Shown here piece by piece: positions 47,172-59,300 of a DNA stretch of 64,000 nucleotides (the stretch's first letter is position 1; each line of letters opens with the position of its first letter). The notes under the pieces are model-generated. The model made no database searches. It was not told the origin of the DNA and was given only the letters and a program-made list of their open reading frames with translations. The stretch covers positions 310,001 to 374,000 of IMG/VR virus record IMGVR_UViG_3300024252_000004; one strand, given 5' to 3'. Both the position numbers and the translations under genes were made by a program.

Positions 47172-49251
47172 AAACTTCTTCTCCCATAAGGAGAGCGAGA
47201 TTGACTTTACACAGTTCAATTCTGCACTTCTTATTGGTAACGTAGAGGGAGATTACGACGTATCGAATGGTTGCGGTAAAAGCGCCATCTTCGAAGGGTT
47301 GCTGTGGTGCCTTTTTAATAAGTCAAGAGCCGCAGCTATGAATGATATAATCATGTGGGGAGAGAATGAGTGCATGGTCACTATGACATTCTCTCATGAT
47401 CTGGAGACTTACAGGATTCGTAGACTTAGAAGCCGAGTGTCCTCGACATCCACTGTTGCTTTCGACATTCAAGATGAATGTGGCGAATGGATGGATATAT
47501 CTCGTTCTACTTCTAAGCTCACGAATGAAGAGATTATGAAGAGAATTAAATTCGACTATAAAACCTTCATCAACTCGGCCTATTTTAGACAGAATGATAT
47601 CTCGGAATTTGCAGAGTCTGACCCAGGAAGGAGAAAGGAAATCCTTAAGTCGATTATCGACATTTCAAAATGGGACGAATATGAGGTAGAGACTAAGTCA
47701 AAGCTTAGAGTTGCAAAAGGTGAGGCGAAAGTCCTTGAGGCCCTTTGTAAAGATTATGATAAGCTCGTAGAGGACCTTGTTGAGTATGAGGAATTGTATG
47801 AAGAAGCGGCAGTTGCCGCTAAGCAAGATTCTAAGGAACGTTCTGACGTAGAGAAGAAGGTTGATAAATTCGCTAAGGCTTACAGCAAGATGAAAGAGAA
47901 CCTTGATACTGACCAATGGGATAAGGTATCTGGAGATATCGATAGGCTTAAAAGGAAGCTTGCAGATAAAAATATTAAGGCAAAGGATCTCGCAAGAAAG
48001 GTTGCGAAGTTCGAACAGGAAGTTGCAGGTCTTGAAAGAAGAGAGTCTGATATTCAGCGGCAGGCTGACTCCATCATCCTTGTCGATAATGCAGAGAAGC
48101 TTCTTGAGGAGCTTAGAAAAGAAGTAACGACTCATAAAGCTGAGTCGTCATCTGCAAGGGATAGGCTTTCTGATCTTAAAAATACTCATATCCTTGATGG
48201 AGAATGTCACGTTTGTGGCAGCGTCGTGGACGCAGACGTACACGCACGCCTTGTAAGTGAGCATGAAGATGCGGTCACGTTATATAGGCGCAAAAAGGTT
48301 TTTGCAGACAATAAGCTGAGGGAGTTAACAGTCCGTTCAGAAACTTATGAAAAGTCCCTTCGTGACAAAAGAAAGAAGGACTCTCTGCTCAACACTATCA
48401 AGAACGTATTGATGCAGGGAAAGATTGCTAAAGAGCACCTTATTGCAATTTCCGAACAGCACGAAGAGGCTGTCGGCTCCGTTGAAAAAAATCGTGAATC
48501 AATTGTAACCAACGAACGCATCCTGGCATCGTTAAGGAGCGACGACTTCAACAACCTGCGCAAGCAGATTGAGGAGCTAAGGATTCGCAAAACGGCCCTG
48601 GATGCCTCTCTTGCTAAGGTTAACATGAGCGTTGGCATTTATCAGGAAAAGGTAGCTACCTGCAAGGTTAAGATTAAAGAGATGGAAGAGTCAAAGGTTG
48701 AGCTTTCGATCAAAAGAGATAGAATTGATGTTTTGACCAAACTCTATAAAATCTTTGGCAAAAACGGAATCCAGACCATCCTTCTGAATGCCGTTATTCG
48801 AGACCTTGAGAACACCTGTAATAAGATTCTGAACTCGATATGTACAGATCATTTTGAAATCATCATTGAAACTCAGAGAGTTGGTTCTGATGGAGTTACT
48901 ATGGTTGATACTTTAGATCTCAGAGTGAAAAAGGATGGCGTGGTCCAGCACTTCAAGTCGCTGAGCGGGGGTGAAAAATTTCGCGTATCCCTCGCCATCC
49001 GTATCGCATTAAGCGAAATATCGTCGAGACATGGAGGCTCTGCATTAGAATTTCTCCTTCTTGATGAGATTAATTCACCGCTTGACAGGCATGGTATCGA
49101 GACACTATTCATCAATGTCATTAAGTCATTGGAGGATCGTTACAAAATCATGGTAATTACTCATGATGATACACTAAAGGAACGATTTGATAGTATTATC
49201 GATGTGACAAAATCAAGTGGCGAAAGTACAGTTAATTTTATTACGAGGTAA
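47146..49251 (+). CDS. sbcC: SbcC/Rad50-like SMC ATPase
   Basis: NGCGKS, coiled coil with CHVC zinc hook, LSGGE, LLLDE, ITH. Confidence 0.93.
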   Translation: MTPLFLKLENFFSHKESEIDFTQFNSALLIGNVEGDYDVSNGCGKSAIFEGLLWCLFNKSRAAAMNDIIMWGENECMVTMTFSHDLETYRIRRLRSRVSSTSTVAFDIQDECGEWMDISRSTSKLTNEEIMKRIKFDYKTFINSAYFRQNDISEFAESDPGRRKEILKSIIDISKWDEYEVETKSKLRVAKGEAKVLEALCKDYDKLVEDLVEYEELYEEAAVAAKQDSKERSDVEKKVDKFAKAYSKMKENLDTDQWDKVSGDIDRLKRKLADKNIKAKDLARKVAKFEQEVAGLERRESDIQRQADSIILVDNAEKLLEELRKEVTTHKAESSSARDRLSDLKNTHILDGECHVCGSVVDADVHARLVSEHEDAVTLYRRKKVFADNKLRELTVRSETYEKSLRDKRKKDSLLNTIKNVLMQGKIAKEHLIAISEQHEEAVGSVEKNRESIVTNERILASLRSDDFNNLRKQIEELRIRKTALDASLAKVNMSVGIYQEKVATCKVKIKEMEESKVELSIKRDRIDVLTKLYKIFGKNGIQTILLNAVIRDLENTCNKILNSICTDHFEIIIETQRVGSDGVTMVDTLDLRVKKDGVVQHFKSLSGGEKFRVSLAIRIALSEISSRHGGSALEFLLLDEINSPLDRHGIETLFINVIKSLEDRYKIMVITHDDTLKERFDSIIDVTKSSGESTVNFITR

Positions 49252-49253
49252 TT

Positions 49254-49472
49254 ATGACAGTAAAAGAACTAATAGAAGAGTTGAAAGGGTTGGAGCAAGA
49301 TAAGGTGCTTCTTGTTTCTGAAGAGAATCAGACGGGATATGTCAGAATGGATATTGATTCGACACTTATGAACTTCAGAAAAGAAGAAACGTCTTGGGGT
49401 GGCGAATATTTCGCAGAAGATGAAGATGGTGAGTTTGAAGCTTATTTTCTCTATATCAGAGATTTCATCTAA
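49254..49472 (+). CDS. small phage protein (MTVKELIEEL)
   Basis: GAGGT RBS. Confidence 0.7.
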   Translation: MTVKELIEELKGLEQDKVLLVSEENQTGYVRMDIDSTLMNFRKEETSWGGEYFAEDEDGEFEAYFLYIRDFI

Positions 49473-49515
49473 ATCTACTAATAAAAGTCGTTTCCTAGTT
49501 GAGGATCAATAAAAA

Positions 49516-50400
49516 ATGACTTTACTTCTTACAATGACAGAGAGTGATAGCTCAATTATATCTGGTGTACCAGAGTACGTTGAGTTTGAGACCAATGAAC
49601 CGGCCACTGTTTTCTATACAGTGGACGGGACCGGACCAGATGCTGCGGATTTAATCGCGGTTGGCAAGGTATATCTTCCGACTCATGGTCAAGCATTCAC
49701 TTTAAGTGCTGTGGCTATTTCTGGTTCAGAGGAATCTGATATCCTTGAGGAGGATTACTCAACGGATTCTTCGGCTTTGGCGAGGACGAGGAATGTAAGT
49801 GGTGAAGGTATCGTTATTCTTCCGGCAGGAGAGTATGACAATTTTGTTGATCACCTCTCTGAGGACACTAATGGTCAGGAGTCTCAAAGAACCACTATAG
49901 AGTTTTTAGATCTTATGATCATAACAAGCACTACCAATAGTCTTGGAGAGCCATTAGCCAGCGGTAGTTTGAGTACTGAAACGACTCATGATTTCATCAA
50001 CATTCCAGATAGGAGTGGTGGCACGGAGATACCTGATATCTCTTCGGTTCATGACAGCGATTTTTTCCCTAATGCAAAGGTGATAGTTATCGATGGTTCG
50101 ACTGAGGCTCTTTTAGATTCTCAAGCTGTTAGAATCATTAATAGGCCACACGGTACGATTGACCCATCGAGTAGTTTTTACAACGATCACATCATTGAGC
50201 GTCCATTGGTTTCTGGCAATTTTGTTAGAGCGATGTACAATCCGAAAACAGGGAAAGCGGTTTTTTATTATAGAGAGAGTCGAGACAATAGGTGGATTAA
50301 ATCTGTTCAATCGGTTCAGCCAAAATGTATAAAAGCCGAGTCCAAACCGGGATTTGTTTTCAAGTGGATTGAGAGCAGATCGATGTCCAAGATTTATTGA
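49516..50400 (+). CDS. putative late structural protein with a chitobiase/FN3-associated Ig-like domain
   Basis: ATVFYTVDGTGP motif; TACTAATAAAA at 49476, 40 nt upstream. Confidence 0.7.
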   Translation: MTLLLTMTESDSSIISGVPEYVEFETNEPATVFYTVDGTGPDAADLIAVGKVYLPTHGQAFTLSAVAISGSEESDILEEDYSTDSSALARTRNVSGEGIVILPAGEYDNFVDHLSEDTNGQESQRTTIEFLDLMIITSTTNSLGEPLASGSLSTETTHDFINIPDRSGGTEIPDISSVHDSDFFPNAKVIVIDGSTEALLDSQAVRIINRPHGTIDPSSSFYNDHIIERPLVSGNFVRAMYNPKTGKAVFYYRESRDNRWIKSVQSVQPKCIKAESKPGFVFKWIESRSMSKIY

Positions 50401-50408
50401 GGAAAAAC

Positions 50409-51185
50409 ATGTTAAAGTTATCAGCATCATCAATTGGGTGTTTTCAAAAATGCCCAAAGCAGTATCACTATAGATACATCGTTAAGCCAGACATTGAGGC
50501 AAAGGACTGGTCTTTCCTTGAGTTTGGTAAATGCGCTCACGAAGCGTTAGAAAATTTCCATAAGTATTTAATGGACAACGTTGTGGAACCTGAGAAGTAC
50601 AAGTATCTCATGAGAGACTCTTTGAAGGCCGCAGTTAAGAATTACAATGCGCAGATTCTTAAGCCAGATTTTCCCGAACTTAAGCAAGTGCTTCAGAATT
50701 ACCTGGACATGATTAAGAGAGAGGGGCTGCCACCTGTAGTTGATGTGGAGCGAAGTTTCAAATTTAAGCTCGACGGCAACCTATTAAGAGGATTCATCGA
50801 TAGGACCGATGTGATCGAGCCGGGCTACTACCATGTAGTTGACTATAAAACAAACAAAAACCCGAAATACCTAAAGCCTTTTCAGTTACTCTTATATGGC
50901 TTGGCATTGAAGGAACTCTACCCAGATGTAGAACGGATAAGAGGTTCGTATTGCTTACTCAAGCACAACTCAAGATTGAAAACCTGGGAGTTCTCAGAGC
51001 GAGATCTTCAGAAGACTCGGGAGACGATTGCCAAAGTCGGAACCGATATCACTCTTGGGGAGAATTGGGAAAAGAAACCAACCATCCTCTGCAACTGGTG
51101 CGATTACCAATCAATTTGCCAAGGCCCATCCTTAGAGTTAGACACAGCAGGCCAAAATTGGGTAGGGGACAACATTTTCAAGTAG
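50409..51185 (+). CDS. PD-(D/E)XK Cas4/RecB-like exonuclease
   Basis: LSASSI..CPK.Y, GFIDR.D, VDYKT, QLLLY, LCNWCDY..IC. Confidence 0.9.
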   Translation: MLKLSASSIGCFQKCPKQYHYRYIVKPDIEAKDWSFLEFGKCAHEALENFHKYLMDNVVEPEKYKYLMRDSLKAAVKNYNAQILKPDFPELKQVLQNYLDMIKREGLPPVVDVERSFKFKLDGNLLRGFIDRTDVIEPGYYHVVDYKTNKNPKYLKPFQLLLYGLALKELYPDVERIRGSYCLLKHNSRLKTWEFSERDLQKTRETIAKVGTDITLGENWEKKPTILCNWCDYQSICQGPSLELDTAGQNWVGDNIFK

Positions 51186-51193
51186 GAGAATAA

Positions 51194-51961
51194 ATGGACG
51201 AGTTAACAGAAGAATTGAACGAAGAGCTGAATAAGATTGAGAACGAAATAGAGGTTGCTAAAGAAGGGAAGAAAGCTTCTTTCGAGGGCATAGTTAGAGT
51301 ATATGACGAGACGTTCTATGTGAACACCGAAACCGGTGTTGGTTTGGATAGCGTGCTAAAGAAGATTGAGCCGCTCTTGAATAAGATGTCTTCCAAGACA
51401 TATATTGCTGGATATACCTTTGAGGATATCAAACAAGAATTAACCATTATGGCGATCCAGGGGGTCTGTTCTTACAACCCTGCACGAGGAACAAAGCTTA
51501 GTTCATTCCTTCAGACTCATCTTAAGAATAAGCTTATCTCTAAGTTAAGAAGCGTTAATAAAATGTCCAATGATTCTTTTGCGCTATATGAGAAGAAGGG
51601 TTCTAATGTTGGTGGCGGTAAGATCAGAAAGGTAAGGGAAGAGATTCTGTTTAGTGCCTGTACCCCAGATAGTGTTGTAGACCCATCTATGATGTTCGAG
51701 AATACTGTCGCAGAGGAAGAGGGACTGTACGGAAAGACTGGACCATCGTTTGCTGATAAGGATTTTCAGCTTGCGCTTGAAAGTCTTGAGGGTGAAATTG
51801 ATGAAGACACTATCACTATCATGAAGCTCATCTATTACGAAGATTACCCAATTAAAAAGGCAGCAGCAGTTGTAGGATTGACGGGATGGGCCGCAAGTAT
51901 GCGACTCAAGAAGCTTACTGAGAACGAGTGCTTCATGGATGCCTTCGGAGATATGGTATAA
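51194..51961 (+). CDS. phage RNA polymerase sigma factor (sigma70 regions 2 and 4)
   Basis: FEDIKQEL..YNPARGTKLSSFL..LKNKL; C-terminal HTH YYEDYPIKKAAAVVGLT..RLKKL. Confidence 0.8.
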   Translation: MDELTEELNEELNKIENEIEVAKEGKKASFEGIVRVYDETFYVNTETGVGLDSVLKKIEPLLNKMSSKTYIAGYTFEDIKQELTIMAIQGVCSYNPARGTKLSSFLQTHLKNKLISKLRSVNKMSNDSFALYEKKGSNVGGGKIRKVREEILFSACTPDSVVDPSMMFENTVAEEEGLYGKTGPSFADKDFQLALESLEGEIDEDTITIMKLIYYEDYPIKKAAAVVGLTGWAASMRLKKLTENECFMDAFGDMV

Positions 51962-51967
51962 AAGTGA

Positions 51968-53362
51968 ATGGCCGTAGTAACAGACAACGACATCTTGAGG
52001 TACATAGATACTGAAAAAGATCTTTCCAGGTTCAATATAAAGACCCTAGAAAGGCTTAAGGATATCTCAGCCTCCAAGAGACGAATTCTCGAAATAGAAA
52101 GAGAGTTCGTTTCTCTTCCATTGGATCAATGGGAGTTTGAGGATGTCGCGGATGTTGCTGCGGCCATTTCTATTTATAGGTCTTCTCGTAGCCTTTTCTA
52201 TAAAACCTATGGAGTGAAGAAGCCAAAAAGCCTTACCAAGAAAGAATTGGCAGAAAGGTTGAATATTAAAATTGACTTCATTCAAGATGCTGCCAACGAG
52301 TTCACAGGTAGAAAGGTTGAAGAGATTAATCTTGTTCAGGATGAGGAGCTTTTTTATGAACTCGGCAAGCACATGGCGCGACGGGGGAGAAAAAGGTTAC
52401 AAACCGTTGTGAAGGAACTTGAGCCGCTTTCATTAGATGAGCTTAATAAGCTGGAACCAATAATGATCTCTAAAGATAGAGCAAGAAGACAAGCGACCCT
52501 ATACTCCCTTGGTCTATACTTCAGAGAAGAACTGTCCAAAATTAAAATTGAAGCTTCGTTAACGAAGGAAAGTCTTATGTCGTGGATTGATAGATTGGAT
52601 TCTATAATGGATAATGTTCCTGCCAACCTTTTCAAAAACTATAACGTTTCTCTTGAAATGCTTCCGTCAGAATTTGATTCCGGAATGGGTCAGAATAGTT
52701 ATTTTCGAAAGACTCATCGTCTAAGGAACATTTTAGATTTTGATAATATGGTAAGAGACCTGTCGGATGCTCCTTCCTTATTTAACAATGGCGATTTCGA
52801 CTTCGCAGAGCCTATGGTGGGCAGGCTCACTCCGGACGAGAAGAAGGTTATAGGTGCGGGCTTTTCAAAAGAGAAAAGAAGGAAATCAAAAACTAAAACC
52901 TTCGGAGTTATGCTGCCTATTCCGAGATTAGGAAATGAGAAAATGAGCCTCATGCACGCACACATACGCGCGTGTGGACAAAATATAACCCCTCTTTTTG
53001 ATGAATGTATTTCAAACATCAGGGTTTCGTATGAAGATGAGCAAGTCTATTTTAAAGCTTTAATGATGAAACCTTTATGGACAGTCTTGGATTCTTCTTC
53101 TAATAACGTAAGATATGGTATGGTACTGTCCAGACTTATCGGTTATGAGTTTCGGCATGTTGAAGAGTTTGATAAGGTAAAGGTCATCGATTTGGTTAAT
53201 GAATGCAGAAGCGATTTTATGTCTCTTGACTTAGGCAGTGTAGCTTTTGTTCCAAAGACCAGATCCGAAGAAGATGCTTTTCATAAAATCAAACCATGGA
53301 TCAATGAGATAGCCTCCCAGCTCAGGGATGACTATTACACTACTACTAATGATAGTTGTTAG
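51968..53362 (+). CDS. hypothetical protein
   Basis: 464-aa ORF. Confidence 0.8.
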   Translation: MAVVTDNDILRYIDTEKDLSRFNIKTLERLKDISASKRRILEIEREFVSLPLDQWEFEDVADVAAAISIYRSSRSLFYKTYGVKKPKSLTKKELAERLNIKIDFIQDAANEFTGRKVEEINLVQDEELFYELGKHMARRGRKRLQTVVKELEPLSLDELNKLEPIMISKDRARRQATLYSLGLYFREELSKIKIEASLTKESLMSWIDRLDSIMDNVPANLFKNYNVSLEMLPSEFDSGMGQNSYFRKTHRLRNILDFDNMVRDLSDAPSLFNNGDFDFAEPMVGRLTPDEKKVIGAGFSKEKRRKSKTKTFGVMLPIPRLGNEKMSLMHAHIRACGQNITPLFDECISNIRVSYEDEQVYFKALMMKPLWTVLDSSSNNVRYGMVLSRLIGYEFRHVEEFDKVKVIDLVNECRSDFMSLDLGSVAFVPKTRSEEDAFHKIKPWINEIASQLRDDYYTTTNDSC

Positions 53363-53398
53363 ATTGAATATTTTTATTCTGACATAAGGCGAATTAAT

Positions 53399-56300
53399 AT
53401 GCACAAAATTGCTAATGAAGTTACTTTTGCAAATCAGCAAATGGTTGAAAGAATCTTTTCTCGCATGAGAGACGGAGAGTACGCAGATACGGTAGCTACT
53501 CTTTCAGCCATTCATGACCTAATGTCGCAGCAAGCAGACCTTAGCGTCATTGATGCGACCAAGGAAGTTATTGGAGACAATAACTTCGTTCAGGGATTTG
53601 CACGATACATTACACATTATATTGGAGAAGGACAGTTCAGGGGAGTACCTTTTGAAAGTCTGTCAGAATCTCTATATGCATTCAGAGCACCTGCGGCTAT
53701 CCCTGAAGGGGAACAGGTTCCGGAGGCGGCGACTACAGAGCCGGCAGAAGAAGAAGGCTTAAGCAAGCCTGACTTTGCAGAAGACCTTGAGAGAATCAAG
53801 ACGCAAAAATACCCTGAAGCTGAGAGGGAAAGGGTTATGATGTCCTTTAAGAACCTCGGCCTTCATTTAAAGAAGCTTCACGAAGCTACAGAAGAAGGTG
53901 ATGTTGAGCTTTATGCTGAGCAAATCAGGGGAACTATTGAGTTCTTAGATTCTTTAGTTAAGTATGCCCCTCTTGACAAGAAGGATGAATCGGATCCGGA
54001 TAGCAAGAAGAAAGGGCCTAGCAAAAAAAGGGGATCAAAAGTTGTTAAAGCTGGAGAGACGAATCTTTCAGAAGAAGATGTCGCAAACAGAATGGACACA
54101 AGGGTTCGTGTACAAGAGATTCCTGCAACGTTGAGCATGGAGACTTTGGGGTCTCATGCAATTGTAAGGGGAATCGAAATTGTTTCCGAGACAGGTTTGA
54201 CCACGGAAACCATCCGCCAGACAGAGGAGTCTCTTGTTCAGGTTATGAACAATGCAAAGAAAGCTTTTGTTCATTTTGAACAACTTACTTCTGGAATGAT
54301 TGAACGGCATCGACAGACCAGAACAAAAGGTAAGGGCTCAGACAAAGCTGATTCAAAGGTTAGTAATAGCGTACTTATCGATTTTAACAATTTGATTTAC
54401 GCAATCAAGGGTGTTGATCTTTTTGTTAAGAAAGCAATTAGGGCAGCAATTATGGATCCAGAGAATTCAATTTCTGGAGTGGAACTTGCTGGACTTAGAG
54501 ATAAATTGCTTGTGCCACAATTTGTTGCGGATAAGGCGTTCTTCAGTGAGACAATTGTGCTTGGATTATCGTACCTTGCAGTTAGAGATGTAGGTCTGCT
54601 ATACGCCGGTATAAAAACATGGGGAGACTTCGAAGGCGACACATACTCTTCAGTTGTTGAGGACTATGGAAAGGATCTTCATGGCGGACGAAGCTTAGAA
54701 GATGATACTACTGAATACATTTTTAAACTTATGTGGTCAAAGTTCAGAAGGATGCTCTCTGCGACATCAACAGATCAGGCAGTAAACGATTCAGATCCGA
54801 TGAAGAACTTCATTAGTAATGTTTTATTCCAGAAAGGCTTTGTTGCGCAAAACCTTAGAAGAGATCTTCGTTCATCTGAAAGCAGCAAGGTTAACATTGC
54901 TAAATGCCCCACATGTACTCGTCCAATTAAATGGTCCGGCAAACCCCTTAAGGATTTGGATCTAATCCAGTCTAGAGGCGCATACCTTCCTATGTATTCT
55001 TTTGTAGGAAAGCGCTTAAAAGATGATGGCCGAAAAACATCATTTATCATAACTGAGAGACACTTAGAGGAGGGAGGTCCTTATCCTGCTCCGGATTCTT
55101 CAAAAATTGGAAACGCTTCTCAGATGAATGAGACTAAAGCTGATGGCTCTTTGACGAACAAAGCTAAGCTCCTAAAGAGGACTCGTTCTGTCATTGATAG
55201 CTACGAAGGTTCCAAAACATGGTCAGAAATCCTTGAGTTACTTTATTCCAATGAGCCTGCCGAGCATGAAGAAGGACTTCAGAGAAGAGCCGGAGCATTA
55301 GCTCATCTTGGCGCGGTACGGTTACGGCACAAAAGAAAGGGAGGCGCAGGCGTCCCAGTCATGACGGACATTAGTACGATCATGTATGCTTGCCCATTCC
55401 AGAAGGAAGAGGCAGAAACGGGATTTTCGAAAAGCGACATATTCAGTCCAAAAGATGAGATTACAAAAATTAAAACAGAGCTTCAGTATCCTGACGATCC
55501 AGAGACTCAAGCCGCTGTTGGTGCAATTTTTGACAAAATTGATGAACTTAATCTGTCATTTGCAGAAGCTGTGATGAACGATCCGGATATCGAGGCTCTC
55601 ATTCGTGGAGAACTCGAAGAAGCATTCGATCAGGCTTATGATCTTGCAGGCGTAGTTAGGGGCGAAGATGAAGCAGAAGAAGAGGGAGAGGTTGGTCCTG
55701 CATTTTCTCCATCTGGCTGTGGCTTGAAGTTGTCGCCTTACGAAGATGATCCGTCAAAGATGACTTATGGTTCCAATTCTAATCCAAATGTGTTACAGTA
55801 TACATGGAACCCTCGTGAATTTGATGAAACACAAGAAGCTGCGGCACAGAAGAGCCTGTCTGGAGGATACAAGTTCTCTAAGACGATCTTTAGGTGTCCG
55901 GCAAGAATCGTTGATCCATCATCCACAGATCTTATAAAATATAAAAACGTTGCAATTCCGAAGTCTGGACCGTCTGGCATTGGGAGTGGAGCCTATGTTC
56001 CGCCTACAAACGCATCAGGATATGCGGCTTATGATGAGATCGAAAATGGGACTTTCTCTTACCTTGTATGTGGCGCCTCAACTTCCCTCTCCGCTTTTGA
56101 TAAAACTTCTGGAGGAGAAGGCTCTATCTATACCATTTTAAGAAACCTTCTTAATGTAATTAAGGGTTCCAGCGCAACAGGGGAGAGTGTTACTAACTCC
56201 CAGAAGAATGCAGCAAAAAACATAATCGACTTCCTTATTCTTGAAGGAATTGACTACATGGACCTCATCAAAGCATTAGAGGTTGCAGACGCTCCAGAGC

Positions 56301-59300
56301 CAGAACTTGCTACAACCGCCCGTTTGAAGAAATGCAGAATAAAAAAGATAGAAAAAATGCTCGTTACAGCAGCAAGACAGCTTCCGTCTCAGTTCTCTGA
56401 GATTGAAGAGCTTGTTCTTGTGTGTCCTCACGGTCATAGGTTTTCACTTAAGCAGTCTGTAGGGTTCAGCGAGACCCACGTTTCTGTAAGAATGTCGGGC
56501 GCCAATAAAGGATATGCTGCGGCCAAAGAACTTTATGCTTTGACCGGAATTGAAAGCCTTGAGGCTGCAAAAAGGATTGGAGTTATTGTTAGAGCTGTTG
56601 ACGAAGAAGAGTTGAAGACTTTTGAGGATATTGGTAGCGAGAATCACAGTGTTGAAGAGTTAGCATTTGTAATCCCTGATGAGTTGGGGAACCCAGTCAG
56701 ATGGAAGTTTTCACCCCGTATTACTGATCTTATCAAGAAGAATGCATTCTCTGAGTACCCTGGTGCTGGACAGGAAGATATTCCTTCATCAATCGAGTAT
56801 TCAAAAGTGAAATTTGGTGGGCAATTTTTGGCGGACCTTATCAAGGAGGGGGCTGGTTCAGGGAGTGAGGAAGAAATCGCTGCTGGAAAACAAGCTGCTG
56901 CGGATTATCGCAGAGATGAAGATGCCGGAAGCGAAACTCTTTCCAGAGCAATCGAGGGCATTGACTCTAAGGACCTCGCGAGCAACATTGAGGCTTTGGC
57001 AAGATCCCTTAGGGGCGCTCTTAAGATTGTAATCACTTGGAATAATAGAGCTATTGAGCCTGAGTTTTTCAACAAAGTTGTTGCAAACTCGGATTTCTCA
57101 ATCGAAGGAGTACCCGAAGAAATTCTTAGTATCGATGGATTATTCTACACTGAAGATGACGGTTTGGACTCAGCAGCACTGAGCGCCGTATTAACAGCTT
57201 TCGCCCCAAGGCTCAAGACCTATATCGTAGCGACAAATGCTTTCCAAGGAGAGGACTACGTTGGTTCAGCAACAGCTTTAGCTACAGCGGCATTGGTTGA
57301 TGCTGTAGTTCAAGTTGCAAATGATACGGAACACGATATCGAATTCGATCTCGATCTCGACTCTGACAATACAGAATTTGAGTTTGTCTATGCAAAACTT
57401 GCTTCATTCTTTGAAGATTATAGAGCAGATTTTCAGAAGCTAATTCCTTACATCACTCATAGTGATGAAAGATATGTGGCTAAAGCGCAAGAGATTGCCT
57501 CTAAGACACCAGTTCTTTCAATTTTTTACACGATTGCATCTTACCGCACCGAGAAAAAAGGTCAGGAGAGAACAAGACTTCGTGAAGCATACGGAAAGAA
57601 AATATTCTTGGTCGCATACGCAAGATATCTTGCAAATGCAATCGCAGTTGTTTATAATGAATGCATGGCGCCAGGAAGATGTATTCCAGGGGCATACATC
57701 GGATATAACATTGGAGTAGATCTGTCTACAACTGACAAAGTATTAGCTTTGACTAGTGGTGATCTCAGAATAATTGAAGATAACCCGAATCTTCGGGGTG
57801 CAAATCACGGGATTGTTCTCAGAAATGTTGTAGCAGCATATAATGGTATTATCGCAAGAATGTCTATTGCAAGAAATATGGCAATTTCTCCAATTGGTTT
57901 GGCCGAAGCTAAGAAAGAACTTCTTAGGCAGTCCGGAACATCTGGTGACCCGTTGGCTCATGCAGTTTTCTCTTCTGCTTTCCCAATGCAAACTGTTGAT
58001 TTCGGAATGGAGAACCTTACTTATGGTTCAGGGAATATTCCAAATGCATTCGGCATTAGGGCTGGCAAAGGAAGAGCTTTACCTTCTGAGCTTCATGAGT
58101 CAGAAGAAGAAGGTGTTGAACCGGCAGTATTGCCGCCAGCAATGCTACCGGTAACAAGGAGGGACGGCTCCCCTGTTCTTGACAGAGCGGGGCAGCAGAA
58201 AGTCATTCCAGCATATCTTCATCCAGATTCAGGTTTCGATAGTTCGAAATTCCAGATTGGCATGTGTATGGGTAAGACAGGCAAATCCCTTACTTGGCCT
58301 CTCGATCATGCAAGTGATTTCGTAGGGTTCCCGCTTCCATTCAACAGAGATAAAACTGCCACAGTAACAAGAGCGGCAGATGCTGCCGTTTATGATTTCA
58401 GATTCGTAATCGATATCGAAGGGGTACCTCAAGATATTTCTTTCCTCTTTAGAAGAGGAAGAATGACAAAGGAGGAAGATGGGGAAAGAAAAAATAAGTA
58501 TCTCCCAATTTTGCGAGAACTTTATTCTAAACTTGATACTTTTGAAGATCAAAGAGGTGATGCACTTGAGGATGCTAAGAATAGCGAAGAAGAGGATGCA
58601 ATCAATAATCATTTTGATGACGCTATTAGAGAAACTCAGTCTGCTCTAAAGCAGATTCCTCTATTCATAAAAGCAGGAAAGTCTTATGTGAGAAATAAAG
58701 CTTCCCTCGGTTCTTCTGAGCCAAAATGGATTTCCGAAGCTCATCCGACAGCACTTCTTGTAGCTCCGAATGAGGCTCTCAACCTTATCAAAAATGTTGA
58801 GAGATTCGCTGGCATGCTTTCTGTTGCTCCAAACCAAGAACTATTAGAAAGGTTTGTAATTCAGGTGTATGGACTTGGGGTTGTTAGGGATATTGTTCAA
58901 GAAGCACAGAACAAGTACACAGACGAAATTGCCGAAATTAGGGCTGAAGATATTTTCGACACTCACATCGATGGAAACACTTCCTCTGGGAAAAAGATGC
59001 TTTCGCATATCAATAGTAGCCTTTCAAAGGTTTACTCTGAGCATCTTGGGCAGTACTATGATCTCATTCCTTCTGGCGCAGACGGAACCGGTTCTAACTT
59101 GGTATTGCTCGAAGCGTCTGTACCTTCGTTTAAGGAGAATAGAAGATCCGAATCCGGATTTGAAGTCGTCCCTGATGAAGGATTAGGAACACCACCTTCT
59201 ATTGGCAAACTGGCATCAAGAATGAATAAGAATAATTCAATCTCAGATTTCTTTGGACGTGGCGCTGAAGGTGATGTTGGCATGACTTATTTGCAGAAGG

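Noticed and set aside
50409-51185. CRISPR-Cas system
   Set aside because: A solo Cas4-like nuclease with no repeat-spacer array or other cas genes seen. The 30-bp repeat at 214 has no spacer.
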